DNA of 64,000 nt, from IMG/VR virus record IMGVR_UViG_3300035181_000471, positions 157,218-221,217 of that record, one strand, 5' to 3'. The translations under genes were made by a program, and so were the position numbers. The notes under the pieces were generated by a model. It saw only the letters and a list, made by a program, of their open reading frames with translations. It was not told the origin of the DNA and ran no database searches. Positions 10,313 through 19,863 of the stretch are shown here, one piece after another (position 1 is the stretch's first letter; each line of letters starts with the position of its first letter).

Positions 10313-10807
10313 ATGTATCTTGAGTTGGAATACTACGGCCAGAACGATGGCATGACCATCCCTGATGTAGTCCTAACTGGCGATCCTGGTGTTGATAACG
10401 CAACCCTAACCGCTGGCGGCTATAACAGTGGTGCGCTCGTGTCCGTTAAGGCTGGCGTCACCAACAATGCCAATGGCATTGTTATCAATCCCTTCATTGG
10501 AACTTCTTCCACTGAAGTCCCCTACGGCTTCCTGCTTCTAGGTGCTGGACAGTTCTCTTCCTCCATTACCCCCTCCGGTTCTGGGAAGACCCCTGTTGTT
10601 CGCGCTCTACCTAAGTTCAAGCTACCTTCTTCTCAGGTAGACGGTGCTGGTACTGCTGGACTAGGCAAGTACATCTACGGTTCTCAGGTTACTGCTGGGA
10701 AGGTTTCGTTTGCCCCCGGAACTAACAACGGGCTAACCCCCGTGGGTATCTGCACCCACCTCATTACCGCTGCTGAGCCTTGGCTTGGCGTGTCTTCGTT
10801 GCTATAA
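10313..10807 (+). CDS. head decoration/cement protein
   Basis: 164 aa, Gly-rich and beta-type, immediately upstream of the capsid gene; AGGAG RBS. Confidence 0.65.
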   Translation: MYLELEYYGQNDGMTIPDVVLTGDPGVDNATLTAGGYNSGALVSVKAGVTNNANGIVINPFIGTSSTEVPYGFLLLGAGQFSSSITPSGSGKTPVVRALPKFKLPSSQVDGAGTAGLGKYIYGSQVTAGKVSFAPGTNNGLTPVGICTHLITAAEPWLGVSSLL

Positions 10808-10822
10808 GAGGAGATAACTACT

Positions 10823-11728
10823 ATGGCTACTCTATCCCGCACCCAAGCACAGACCGCTCAGCTAGGTCAGATCCTAAAGACCGCCGCTGGCCGTCAGAAA
10901 CTTGCCGCCGCTCTCGGACCTTCGCTCCGTAGACGCCGCGACTATATGTCCATCGCTCGTAAGGCCCTCATGGTTGAAACACTACCTGATGGCGCACTAC
11001 CAATCTACGACAAGGAATTCGATGAAACTGGTCGTTCCTTCGTTGAAGCATTCGTAGTAGGTGAGCAGGGTGGCGACATCGTGAAGTTGGCTAACCCCCT
11101 TCGCGTAACCGTCCCCACCTTCGAAATCGCCTCCAACCCAATGATTCCTATCACTCAGATCAAGGAGCGTAGATTCGACATCGTTTCTCGCGCCCTAAAT
11201 CTAGCAAAGGCTGAAATTGGCGCTGCTGAAGATGGTTTCGTGTTCAACCTCTTCGATACGATTGCTACTGCTGCCAACGGCAAGGCTACCAGCGATCCTA
11301 TCTACAATGTGAACTACCCCCTATCTGGTAGCATCACTCCTGATGCTATGGCCGATCTATTCGGACAGGTCCAGAGACATGACAACTCCGTTGCCTATGT
11401 ATTCGTCAATCCCCGCGATTACACTGACTTCCTCAAGTGGCATGACTCCACCCTAGACCGTGAGACCCAGAGACACCTACTCAAGACTGGTATCATGGGC
11501 TACCTCTGGGGCGCAACCGTCCTACAGAGCAGAAAAGTGGGCTACGGCTCAGTTTATGTCCTAGCTGACGCTGAGTTCCTAGGCGTAATTCCTGAGAGAG
11601 TTCCTCTCACAGTGCTTTCTGCTGATCGCCCTGACCTCCGTCAGATCGGTTTCAGCGTCTTCGAAATCGCTGGATTCCTCGTCTTCAACCCCTCTGGCGT
11701 TCAGAAGATGATCGTAACTCGTCCCTAA
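10823..11728 (+). CDS. major capsid protein (HK97 fold)
   Basis: RDYMSIARKALMVETLPDGALPIYD, VPTFEIASNPMIPITQIKERRFDIV...AEDG, GIMGYLWGATV, and C-terminal GFSVFEIAGFLVFNPSGV. Strong RBS and a downstream terminator. Confidence 0.9.
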   Translation: MATLSRTQAQTAQLGQILKTAAGRQKLAAALGPSLRRRRDYMSIARKALMVETLPDGALPIYDKEFDETGRSFVEAFVVGEQGGDIVKLANPLRVTVPTFEIASNPMIPITQIKERRFDIVSRALNLAKAEIGAAEDGFVFNLFDTIATAANGKATSDPIYNVNYPLSGSITPDAMADLFGQVQRHDNSVAYVFVNPRDYTDFLKWHDSTLDRETQRHLLKTGIMGYLWGATVLQSRKVGYGSVYVLADAEFLGVIPERVPLTVLSADRPDLRQIGFSVFEIAGFLVFNPSGVQKMIVTRP

Positions 11729-11750
11729 TCAATACCTAGGGATCTAAGAT

Positions 11751-11776
11751 AAGGCCCCGCTTCGGTGGGGCCTTTT
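11751..11776 (+). terminator. intrinsic terminator with cUUCGg loop
   Basis: AAGGCCCCGC-TTCG-GTGGGGCCTT-TT. Confidence 0.9.
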
Positions 11777-11833
11777 CCATTGCAGTTAATTTTTTTCTCA
11801 ATATTTGCAGTAATAAACCATGAAGGAGCTTAT

Positions 11834-12454
11834 ATGCAGAAGCAGTATGTCAGTAACCACACAGTCAATTTCTCGGACTTTAAATTCTTTGTCCGTCCAG
11901 GGGATGTTTGTGTGCATAACGAGGCCACAAATGACTTCGTGATCTACCGTAATGGCGACCTAGTTGCTACCCTCAAGACCTCAGTCATGGCTCTCAAGAG
12001 CATGATGACCCCAGAGACCAACTATTTCTCTGAGATCAAAGAAGATGCTGTCCCCAATGTTGTTGTCGTAGATGACGCTCCTGGCGACGATAAGATCACC
12101 CTTATTAACGAGCTAGCCTCCAAAGGTCTAGATGACCTGGAAGCTGGTAATGTCACTTCTCAGGAGGACGCCAAGCTCAAGCTTTCCAAGTTTTCTGTGG
12201 AAGAAGAGGGGACCGATGAAGATCTTGCCGATGACGAAGAGGGCACAGAGACTACTGGAGTGGCAGTTGCCACCGAAGAAAAGGGTGTGACCGTAACTCA
12301 GGTAGATCTTAATGAGGAAGCTATCGTCCAAACCATTCCCAGTGATCTAGCTCCCCCAGTCAAGGAAGTCATCGTAACTAAAGACCCTGATAAGATCAAA
12401 GCTATCGCTGAGGCTCAGAAGGCTAAGGCCGCTAAGAAACCCAAATCTAAGTAA
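11834..12454 (+). CDS. hypothetical protein (acidic centre, basic tail)
   Basis: The ORF-track start at 11765 lies inside the terminator; ATG 11834 has an AAGGAG RBS. Confidence 0.65.
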   Translation: MQKQYVSNHTVNFSDFKFFVRPGDVCVHNEATNDFVIYRNGDLVATLKTSVMALKSMMTPETNYFSEIKEDAVPNVVVVDDAPGDDKITLINELASKGLDDLEAGNVTSQEDAKLKLSKFSVEEEGTDEDLADDEEGTETTGVAVATEEKGVTVTQVDLNEEAIVQTIPSDLAPPVKEVIVTKDPDKIKAIAEAQKAKAAKKPKSK

Positions 12455-12488
12455 ATTGACTTTCCCTTACATTTGTAGGTGGTAAGTT

Positions 12489-13235
12489 ATGGCCGAAACT
12501 GAGCAGAAACCAAGAATGTGGATGAGTATACCCCTCCAACACTTGGCTTCTAAAAAATACAAAGTAGCCTTCTCCATCAAGGAGTTAGCACAAGCTTCAA
12601 ACGATTTTTCTAAGAAGTATGTGGGTGGATGCACACCATCACTAATCAAGTCCGAGCCTAAGAAGCTCTTCATGCACTATAGGGTTACCTGCACCAAGGC
12701 CGATTCAGACCCCAAGGGTCATGAAGTCAGGGTGCAGTTTGACCTTTCTAAGATCGACACCTCCTCTACCATCAACAATCTAGATGTGAGAGTGTCGTGT
12801 AGTTGCCCAGCTTTCCTATACTGGGGCGCTCAGTGGAATTTGAATTCCCTCGATTCTTTAGAGGGTGTGCCTCGTCCTGAGCTAAAGGCTCCAACCGAAC
12901 AGCTTGAAAAGCGTGACACATACTTCATTTGCAAACATATCAAGGTGGTTAGTGACAGAATCACTCCAGCTATCGGTAATGTTCTTAATAGAATCAAGGA
13001 CAGGCTCAGACTTGAGAAGATCCGTGATGATAGAGAGCAGGAACTAGCTGATAAGAAGTTAAGACAACAAGAGCAGGAAACCAAACAGCAAGAACCAGAG
13101 AAGCCTCAGCCACAAGAGCAAGCATCTCCAGCTACTCCCCCTAAGCCCAAGAAGCCGCCTGTGAAGCCTGATAGGGGGCATCTTGACATGGGACAGAGCA
13201 AACCGTCCAGGACAAGACCTGGGGTCATTAACTAA
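12489..13235 (+). CDS. SWIM zinc-finger domain protein
   Basis: VRVSCSCPAFLYWG...FICKHI matches the CxC...CxH SWIM pattern; Gln/Pro-rich tail. Confidence 0.75.
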   Translation: MAETEQKPRMWMSIPLQHLASKKYKVAFSIKELAQASNDFSKKYVGGCTPSLIKSEPKKLFMHYRVTCTKADSDPKGHEVRVQFDLSKIDTSSTINNLDVRVSCSCPAFLYWGAQWNLNSLDSLEGVPRPELKAPTEQLEKRDTYFICKHIKVVSDRITPAIGNVLNRIKDRLRLEKIRDDREQELADKKLRQQEQETKQQEPEKPQPQEQASPATPPKPKKPPVKPDRGHLDMGQSKPSRTRPGVIN

Positions 13236-13246
13236 GCGAGAAAGCC

Positions 13247-13669
13247 ATGCACGAATTACTTGTCAAGAAAGCCGCCCCTTTAAGCGATGATGCCAAAGAC
13301 CGCCTTGGTCAGCATGGTGATGTCGTAGTTGAGGAGAGGGCTATCGGTGATTACGAATTCTTCCTGGTTCAGAACCGTTATATGCGTTATGTCCAGTTAG
13401 GTATGCAAAGAGTGGGTCAGGACATGACCAATATTGAGGAGCAGACAACCAAAATCCCTCAAGAAAAAGGAAAATTTTCTATGAGTGAACTGAAAAGTTT
13501 GCTCAATGAGTGGGTATTTGAATATGAGAAGATCCTGATTGGGACTTACGAACCTAGAAAACGAGCATTCTACGCTAAGATTATCAGGGCGCTAGGATTC
13601 AAATTAGGCGAGATGATGGTGGCCGGACATTCAGTCCTGGTCCTCAACGAACCCGCCGATAGCGAGTAA
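13247..13669 (+). CDS. hypothetical protein (N-terminal KKAA motif)
   Basis: 140 aa starting MHELLVKKAAP. Confidence 0.55.
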   Translation: MHELLVKKAAPLSDDAKDRLGQHGDVVVEERAIGDYEFFLVQNRYMRYVQLGMQRVGQDMTNIEEQTTKIPQEKGKFSMSELKSLLNEWVFEYEKILIGTYEPRKRAFYAKIIRALGFKLGEMMVAGHSVLVLNEPADSE

Positions 13670-13727
13670 GTCCTTCCATAAAACAGACTTTCAGAATCTT
13701 AAGATGTAGGATTAACAAGGAGTCTAT

Positions 13728-13925
13728 ATGGCTAAAATTGCCGCTACAGATAACACCGCTATGAACAAGCTCTTCGCCCTTGAAGCCACCAAAGCTGGCA
13801 GTAAGGTCGCCGCTGGAGATGTTCAGGCATTCGAAGATCACAAGGACTATGTATCCACCCTAGAGTCCATCCTCAGCGATGACAAGAAGACCTCTTGGTC
13901 CCCCAACGATCTTCTACTAGACTAA
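13728..13925 (+). CDS. small K-x-A-motif protein
   Basis: 65 aa, AAGGAG RBS, late motif at 13687-13707; MAKIAA and SKVAAG. Confidence 0.65.
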   Translation: MAKIAATDNTAMNKLFALEATKAGSKVAAGDVQAFEDHKDYVSTLESILSDDKKTSWSPNDLLLD

Positions 13926-13940
13926 AGATACGAGGTTCAA

Positions 13941-16253
13941 ATGACTCGTAATCTTCTAGATGCCCTGATTACGGCAACATCCGAGGTCTCCGTGAAAACT
14001 GGTTATTTACAGCCAGGGGATATGGCCGTTGCCGCTAACGGTAAGGCTTTCGTGGTTACCGCTTCTCGTTCTATGGGTAAAAAGAACACCTACAAAGTCG
14101 CCTTTGAAGACGGCACTGAGGTTCCCCTAGAAGGCGATGGAGTGATGACTTTTGAAGACATGGGCGCAGAGAATTCTCCCATGGAAAAACTTTCAACGCT
14201 GCATAAACTGGCGTTGAATCCTGACTTTGATCTTTATGTAAAAACCTCCATCTCGGACCACAACCTCCCAATTGATGAAGATGTCAATTGGGCTAAGTGG
14301 CTTGAAGCTACCTACAGAATGATGGTGGCTCCAACTAACGATGAAGTGAGAGATGAAGCCATTCACCATATGCTTATCGAAAATCTATTCAGGTACGATG
14401 CCCTGGCTAGGTTCGATGCTTCAAGACTCCCTGCCTCTATTCAAGCCCTGCCAGTTGAGAAGCAAGTGTCTTCTTACCTGAAGGGTTATTTCCTTAAGCA
14501 GAGATCTGACTGCGTTGAGTGGGTCAAAAAGACTTACGCAACGGGTAAAGAAATGCTCGTCATGGACGATGCTGACGGTAGCGAAGCCTTCATTAACAGC
14601 CCTGAATACTCCGAGGCCGATTCTGGTTTTGAGGGCTCCATCTCTAAGATGGACACAGAGAAATTCAGAAAGTCCTTCCTGCACTTCCTAGAGAATGGTG
14701 CTGGGCTAACCCACAAGAAAACAAAAGAGAAGGTTGCACTTCTTCTCAACTTGATCCTAGACACTCCTGCTACCAAGCCTGGAGAGATTATTCAACGACT
14801 CGCTGATCAAGCTGAGGTGTCGCACTCCACAGCTACCAAGCTATTCTTCACTACGCTTCCTCCTCTAATTGAAAAGTTTATGAAGACTCCTGAGGGTGCT
14901 TCATTGAACAGTGAGAAACAACCCTCTGTAGCTAAGCATTCTAATTTGGAGGACTCCTCGATGCGTAAATCCCGTTTTGCAAAAAGTAAGCAAGCTGAAG
15001 CTGATAAATGCCCTCAGTGCGGCCAGAATCTAGTAAATGGAATCTGCCCTACCTGTAAGGACAAGGCTGACAAGGCCGCTAAGGAACAGTCCAAGGCTCT
15101 AAATACCCAGCAACAGCCTGAAAAGACTGGTCCCCAGGTCAAGTCTTACGGCTCCGTAACCGCTGGTAACAAGGCAGCTAGAACTGAAGGAACCCCTTCT
15201 GCATGGTCCGTAGATAACAATAGAGTTCTACCCTCCAAGGACGGTGAACCCGAAGGTCCAAAGATCAAGATCAAGGCTTCTACTGATAAGTATGCCACCT
15301 TCCGTCACCTAGCTGAAGAGGAGGCTCCCGCAATTTCTGAGGCTCTAGTAGAACTTTCTCAGGCTTTCGCTACTCTAGCTGAAGCTTCTGAAGCTCTAGT
15401 AGAGAATCTAGACCTAGCCCCTATTCCCGAAGAGGGCTCTATTAAGGATAAGGTCGCTTCTCGCAAGAAGTTCGCATCCACCCTTAAGAAGCTAGCCGAA
15501 GAAGCACCTGATAAGGTTGAAGAGGCCGTCAAGGAACTTTACAGTTCTCTAGATGAGATCGCTTCGGCTATGGAAAATCTAGCTTCTAACCTAGGTATTG
15601 ATCTAGTCAGTGAAGAATCTGAGTTGGATGAAGAAGTCCATGATGAGCTAGCTGATACCCATGACACTGAAGAAGTTGTTGAAGAAGTTGACAACTCTGA
15701 AGTGCCTGAGGATGTTCAGATTGATGGTGCCGATGCTCCTGCTATCCTGGATGAGTTTGTCGGTGAGAACAAAAAGAGCAAAGAAGCAATTAAGAAGCTT
15801 CACACTGAAAAAGGGAAAGAAATTGAGTACGGTCCTGGTGGAAAGGTAAAATGCCCTTACTGCAATACCTGGAAGAAGGCTCAGGAACCTTGCCCTAACT
15901 GTGGTAATAAAGAAGCCTCTCTACGCGAGAGAATCATGGCCCGTAGAGCCGCCAGAACTAAGACCGCCGCTCAAGTAGTCTGCAATACCGAGTCTGGTGG
16001 CGTGTGGACCAAGTATGAAGCTGGGGATGATGAAGCCATTATGAAGGCTTGTGAGGGTACCAAGTGGTCCCTTTGTGACCCAAGAATGGCCGCTGAGTAT
16101 CTAGCTAAAGGTCCTCTATTCATCTTGTCTGAAGGCCCCGAATCCTTCGCTGTGTATGATCCCACCAGAGACATCATTTACGATGTGGATGATGCCGAGA
16201 CTGACTTCTTTGATGAGGAACTAGCAGAACTAAAAACCTGCCTAGGCCAGTAA
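13941..16253 (+). CDS. multidomain polyprotein: SH3/KOW-like, sigma-factor-like, zinc ribbons, helical repeat, WC-type domain
   Basis: 770 aa; segments separated by KLA, KQA, KFA, KEA and KTA motifs (see findings). Confidence 0.6.
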   Translation: MTRNLLDALITATSEVSVKTGYLQPGDMAVAANGKAFVVTASRSMGKKNTYKVAFEDGTEVPLEGDGVMTFEDMGAENSPMEKLSTLHKLALNPDFDLYVKTSISDHNLPIDEDVNWAKWLEATYRMMVAPTNDEVRDEAIHHMLIENLFRYDALARFDASRLPASIQALPVEKQVSSYLKGYFLKQRSDCVEWVKKTYATGKEMLVMDDADGSEAFINSPEYSEADSGFEGSISKMDTEKFRKSFLHFLENGAGLTHKKTKEKVALLLNLILDTPATKPGEIIQRLADQAEVSHSTATKLFFTTLPPLIEKFMKTPEGASLNSEKQPSVAKHSNLEDSSMRKSRFAKSKQAEADKCPQCGQNLVNGICPTCKDKADKAAKEQSKALNTQQQPEKTGPQVKSYGSVTAGNKAARTEGTPSAWSVDNNRVLPSKDGEPEGPKIKIKASTDKYATFRHLAEEEAPAISEALVELSQAFATLAEASEALVENLDLAPIPEEGSIKDKVASRKKFASTLKKLAEEAPDKVEEAVKELYSSLDEIASAMENLASNLGIDLVSEESELDEEVHDELADTHDTEEVVEEVDNSEVPEDVQIDGADAPAILDEFVGENKKSKEAIKKLHTEKGKEIEYGPGGKVKCPYCNTWKKAQEPCPNCGNKEASLRERIMARRAARTKTAAQVVCNTESGGVWTKYEAGDDEAIMKACEGTKWSLCDPRMAAEYLAKGPLFILSEGPESFAVYDPTRDIIYDVDDAETDFFDEELAELKTCLGQ

Positions 16254-16272
16254 TATACGAAAAAATGCATTT

Positions 16273-16307
16273 AACTTCGGGGATTGAATAAGTCCCTGAA
16301 GTTTTTT
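16273..16307 (+). terminator. intrinsic terminator
   Basis: AACTTCGGGGA / TCCCTGAAGTT stem followed by a T run. Confidence 0.8.
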
Positions 16308-16368
16308 GTTTAAAAATAAGTATCAATAGATGAGCGAGTAGTTAACTTGCAAGAACGAGGTATACTTA

Positions 16369-16983
16369 ATGGCGTCACCTGATGTGGGGATTTACGGGAT
16401 AGAGAATACGATAACTGACAAATGGTATATCGGATCTTCGGTTGAACTTAGTAAGAGGTTCAGTAGGCATCTATGGGAGTTGAGGTCTGGTAGACACCAC
16501 TCCGACAAGCTTCAAAGATCATTCGATAAGCATGGTGTTAAGGCATTTGATTTCAAGTTACTAATGGTCTGCTCCAAAGAGGATCTTGAGTTCTATGAGT
16601 CGAGAGCAATCAAGGCTTATAGGGGGTTTACCGATGGCTATAATGTCGCGGCTGAGGCTAAGGGGGGATTTATGCGAGGTCGTAATTGGCCCGAAGCTAC
16701 CAAGGCCGCTAGGATTGAAGAGATGAAGACGCGCAGAATGACAGAGGAACAAAAGACAAAAATCTCTGAGCTTAAAAAGGCTGAGTGGTCTAACCCAGAA
16801 ATTCACGAAGCTAGATCAGCGAGTATGCGTAAGCCCAAGAGTAAAGAGGGTGCCGCTAACATTGCCGCCGCCTCATTGAAACGCTTGCGTGACCCAGATC
16901 CGGCTCAAGTTGAAGCTAGGCGTCAGAACTTACTTAAGGGCTGGGAAACCAGGAGAAATAATAAAAGACAAGGGAGTCTTTAA
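16369..16983 (+). mobile_element. free-standing GIY-YIG homing endonuclease
   Basis: GIYGIEN...WYIGSS..LSKRFSRH...LQRSFDKHG..AF...E...GYN, followed by a basic NUMOD-like C-terminus. Confidence 0.88.
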
Positions 16984-17717
16984 TGGCTGAGAACTCGCCG
17001 TACTTCGAGTCAATTGTAGCTGATAGAGCATTACTATTAGATCCAGAAGACTACCAGGGTGACCACACCCTTTCCCTAGAAACCCAAGCCGACATCGTAG
17101 CGCAAGACATAGCGTCTTACATCTTCGAAAATTTTAGAGACTTTTTAAAGATCCTTAAATTTCTCTCACCAGAAGATCAGGAACTTTTACTCGGCTATTA
17201 CATCCTATCCAAAACCCAGTGGAGTTTAGCCAGAATTCACAATTCCACTCAAACCATCTGTAGCTTTAAACTTCGACTCGCCGTAAAAAAGCTCGGGACT
17301 TACATGCTCCTTGGAGTGCCAACGGCAGAGAAGATTAACGAGATCCTAGAGAAGTTTGGTAGAACGAATTTCAATGAAGAGGTCCGACTCGCTGACCTAA
17401 TCGACTACTACGCCAAGACTCGTTCGTTTAAAACCGTTGCCTCCCATTTCAAGGTCAAGAGACCTGATGTGAGAAGGGCTATGAGTAGTCTTGCTAAGGA
17501 ACTGATGGATCAGAGAGACATTCACATGATGGCCTTGGGTGCTTTCGTATTCGGATTAATCGACAAAGCATCGGCTCAAGGCAAGGGTTTATCGGCCAGA
17601 GAGAAGGCAAAAATTTGTCCCATCTATCGCAGAGACCCACCCATTCTAGGGGAATTCCAAGTCAATGTTCAGGATTCCGACTTTGAGCATCTCTTAGTAA
17701 CCAAGGCTAATTATTAG
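16983..17717 (+). CDS. sigma-70 region-4-like / double HTH DNA-binding protein
   Basis: LKFLSPEDQELLLGYYILSKTQWSLARIHNSTQTICSFKLRLAVKKL resembles sigma region 4; second HTH-like segment RSFKTVASHFKVKRPDVRRAM. Confidence 0.6.
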   Translation: MAENSPYFESIVADRALLLDPEDYQGDHTLSLETQADIVAQDIASYIFENFRDFLKILKFLSPEDQELLLGYYILSKTQWSLARIHNSTQTICSFKLRLAVKKLGTYMLLGVPTAEKINEILEKFGRTNFNEEVRLADLIDYYAKTRSFKTVASHFKVKRPDVRRAMSSLAKELMDQRDIHMMALGAFVFGLIDKASAQGKGLSAREKAKICPIYRRDPPILGEFQVNVQDSDFEHLLVTKANY

Positions 17718-17769
17718 AACTGCTCTCATTTTAAAACTTTCAGCCTCTAGTATAGAGCGGAGTCATGCA

Positions 17770-18048
17770 ATGCGTTCCAAAAATAATCAAATCCATTACC
17801 TAGGAAGAGTTAAGTCTACCATTCCTCCTGCGGAAAAAGGTGCTAAACAAGCCGCTTCTATGGGCCTTGTAAGGATCGCTGGGAATGTTTTTGAATGTCC
17901 TAGCTCTAAGGATTTATGGAAGGTTGAGGGTTCCAAGGTCATTCGACTATCCTCATCTGAGGTAGATAATGACGAATCCCTCAAGCCTGCGAATAAGGCG
18001 AATCCTTCCAAGTTCTTGAAAGACATTCTAGCTGAACTAGAGCTATAA
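17770..18048 (+). CDS. hypothetical protein
   Basis: 92 aa, GGAG RBS, late motif at 17736-17756; KQAAS. Confidence 0.6.
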   Translation: MRSKNNQIHYLGRVKSTIPPAEKGAKQAASMGLVRIAGNVFECPSSKDLWKVEGSKVIRLSSSEVDNDESLKPANKANPSKFLKDILAELEL

Positions 18049-18058
18049 GAGAGACAAA

Positions 18059-19366
18059 ATGACCAAACCAAAATACGCCGTTACCTCCCTGTTAGACCAG
18101 TTTCTTGAAGAGACTGAGCCTGACTATAACGCTTTGGGACTAAAAGGCCCCAAGGCTATCGGTGACCAATTCAGGGAACTCTCAGCCGATGAAGCTGATT
18201 TCGGTTTCCTAGATGGCATTGCTGGACACTCCAGACACCAGACCGCCCTTGGTCACACCTCCAGTTACACGCCTCGTCAGCTAAATAGAAGCACTGATGA
18301 GACCAATGACTCCGTGCTTGGTGAGGCTACCCAGTCCTTCCAAAAGGCCGAGAACACTGATTACGAGAAAAAGGGGCTTAACGAAAGTGAAATTCACAAT
18401 CGTCTGAAGCTCCTTTTGAATTTAGGGTTCACTCCTGAGAAGATCGCTGGCTTCATTAAGTCTGCTGATCTAAAGGTATTTGACACCTCTCAGTCCCTTG
18501 GCACCTTCATTCAGGATTACGCTCCCGGCCTAGGTCTAGCCTACATCGAACCCAATTTTTACATGCAGTCTTGTGATCAGTCTTTCGCCAAGATTCAGAA
18601 AGAAGGCAAGCTAAGAGCAATGGCCGTTAAGAAGGTTTCTGCTTGTGAAGGTTGCGCCAAGCTCAAGAATGGTAATTGCAATTTATACCGCAAGCCTGTA
18701 GTAGCCAATGCCTCCGAGTTAACTACCGTAGTAAAGGCAGAGCTAGAGAAGAAGAATATCAAGTCAGCCTCCCTCAAGGAAGGTCTAGCCAAGCTAGCAT
18801 CCAATGAGAAGGTTGCTCAGCCCTCCATCACCGCTATGCAAAATACTGGCACCGTAAGAACTGCTGGTGACAAGACTGCAATGATCAAGAAGGAAGCTTC
18901 TGTTGCTGAGATCGGAGCCGCTATTACCGCTGGCATTCCTGTTCAGAAGGTATTCAAGCAAGCCGCCGCTCAGTATGGTAAGATCTCCGCTATGGCCGCT
19001 GTAAAGCGTTATATCGCCTCCCTAAAGGGTTCCAAGGCCAAGGTTGTTATCGCCGCTCTAGACTGCTCTTACCTTAAGGGTAAGCTAGCATCCACCAATG
19101 CAATCATTGGTGAGTCCAAGTGTGCCTCTTGCTCTTACAGAGGCGGGATGCACTGTGGCTTGACTGGTGGAACTCTTCTATCCTTCCCTGGAATGAACAG
19201 AGTCGCAACCAACAAGATTTCCCACAGCACTGAGACCGATGGTCGTTCCGTTCTATTCGAATACGAGATGCTTGATACCAACGAAGATGTTCCTCTAACG
19301 ATTGACGAAGATAGAACTGATACCGATGTCGAGTTGACAACCACTTCTAAGATTGATGTAGAATAA
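18059..19366 (+). CDS. K-x-A-motif protein with two Cys-rich repeats
   Basis: C...CEGC...C and C...CASC...C duplicated units; KSAS, KLAS, KTA and KEAS motifs. Confidence 0.6.
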   Translation: MTKPKYAVTSLLDQFLEETEPDYNALGLKGPKAIGDQFRELSADEADFGFLDGIAGHSRHQTALGHTSSYTPRQLNRSTDETNDSVLGEATQSFQKAENTDYEKKGLNESEIHNRLKLLLNLGFTPEKIAGFIKSADLKVFDTSQSLGTFIQDYAPGLGLAYIEPNFYMQSCDQSFAKIQKEGKLRAMAVKKVSACEGCAKLKNGNCNLYRKPVVANASELTTVVKAELEKKNIKSASLKEGLAKLASNEKVAQPSITAMQNTGTVRTAGDKTAMIKKEASVAEIGAAITAGIPVQKVFKQAAAQYGKISAMAAVKRYIASLKGSKAKVVIAALDCSYLKGKLASTNAIIGESKCASCSYRGGMHCGLTGGTLLSFPGMNRVATNKISHSTETDGRSVLFEYEMLDTNEDVPLTIDEDRTDTDVELTTTSKIDVE

Positions 19367-19857
19367 TGAGCGATGATACTCTTGTCGTTATAGACGATTC
19401 GGATGAGATTCCGACCCTGCTGACTAGCATCCCCGCTAATCGTATGGTTGAAATCCTGGATCTAATTGAAGATCCACTAAAACCCGTATCCGATATCAAC
19501 CGCATTATTGCACAAGAGATCGCCGCAGTAACCGGGGAAATGGCATCACTCACCCAGTCTAATGCTTACAAGCTAGCCATCCTCAAAGAGCAAGTCAGAG
19601 CTTTGAGAGAGTTAGCCAAAACACTAGTAGAAAACGAAGTTCTATCCAAGAAGGATATCCTAAACTTCGATGGACCTAAGTTCCAATTCGTTTTCCAAGA
19701 AATTACTTCCAGCTTCAAGAAAGCGATGAAAGATTCTGGAGTTTCTGAAGCCTCTGCAAATGATGTTCTCCGTAATTTCAGAGACATCATGGCAGCTAAG
19801 GAAGTAGAACTACGCAAGGCCACTGAGAAAGTGGAATCAACCTTCATTTTGAAATAA
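19366..19857 (+). CDS. hypothetical helical protein
   Basis: 163 aa, translationally coupled (TAATG overlap). Confidence 0.6.
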   Translation: MSDDTLVVIDDSDEIPTLLTSIPANRMVEILDLIEDPLKPVSDINRIIAQEIAAVTGEMASLTQSNAYKLAILKEQVRALRELAKTLVENEVLSKKDILNFDGPKFQFVFQEITSSFKKAMKDSGVSEASANDVLRNFRDIMAAKEVELRKATEKVESTFILK

Positions 19858-19863
19858 GGGGTA

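Noticed and set aside
16254-16983. Group I intron around the GIY-YIG gene
   Set aside because: The upstream gene ends normally with a terminator and the downstream gene is directly coupled. There is no interrupted host gene and no room for an intron core.
19366-19857. Possible terminase small subunit
   Set aside because: The size and helical character fit, but there is no recognisable motif and no adjacent large subunit.
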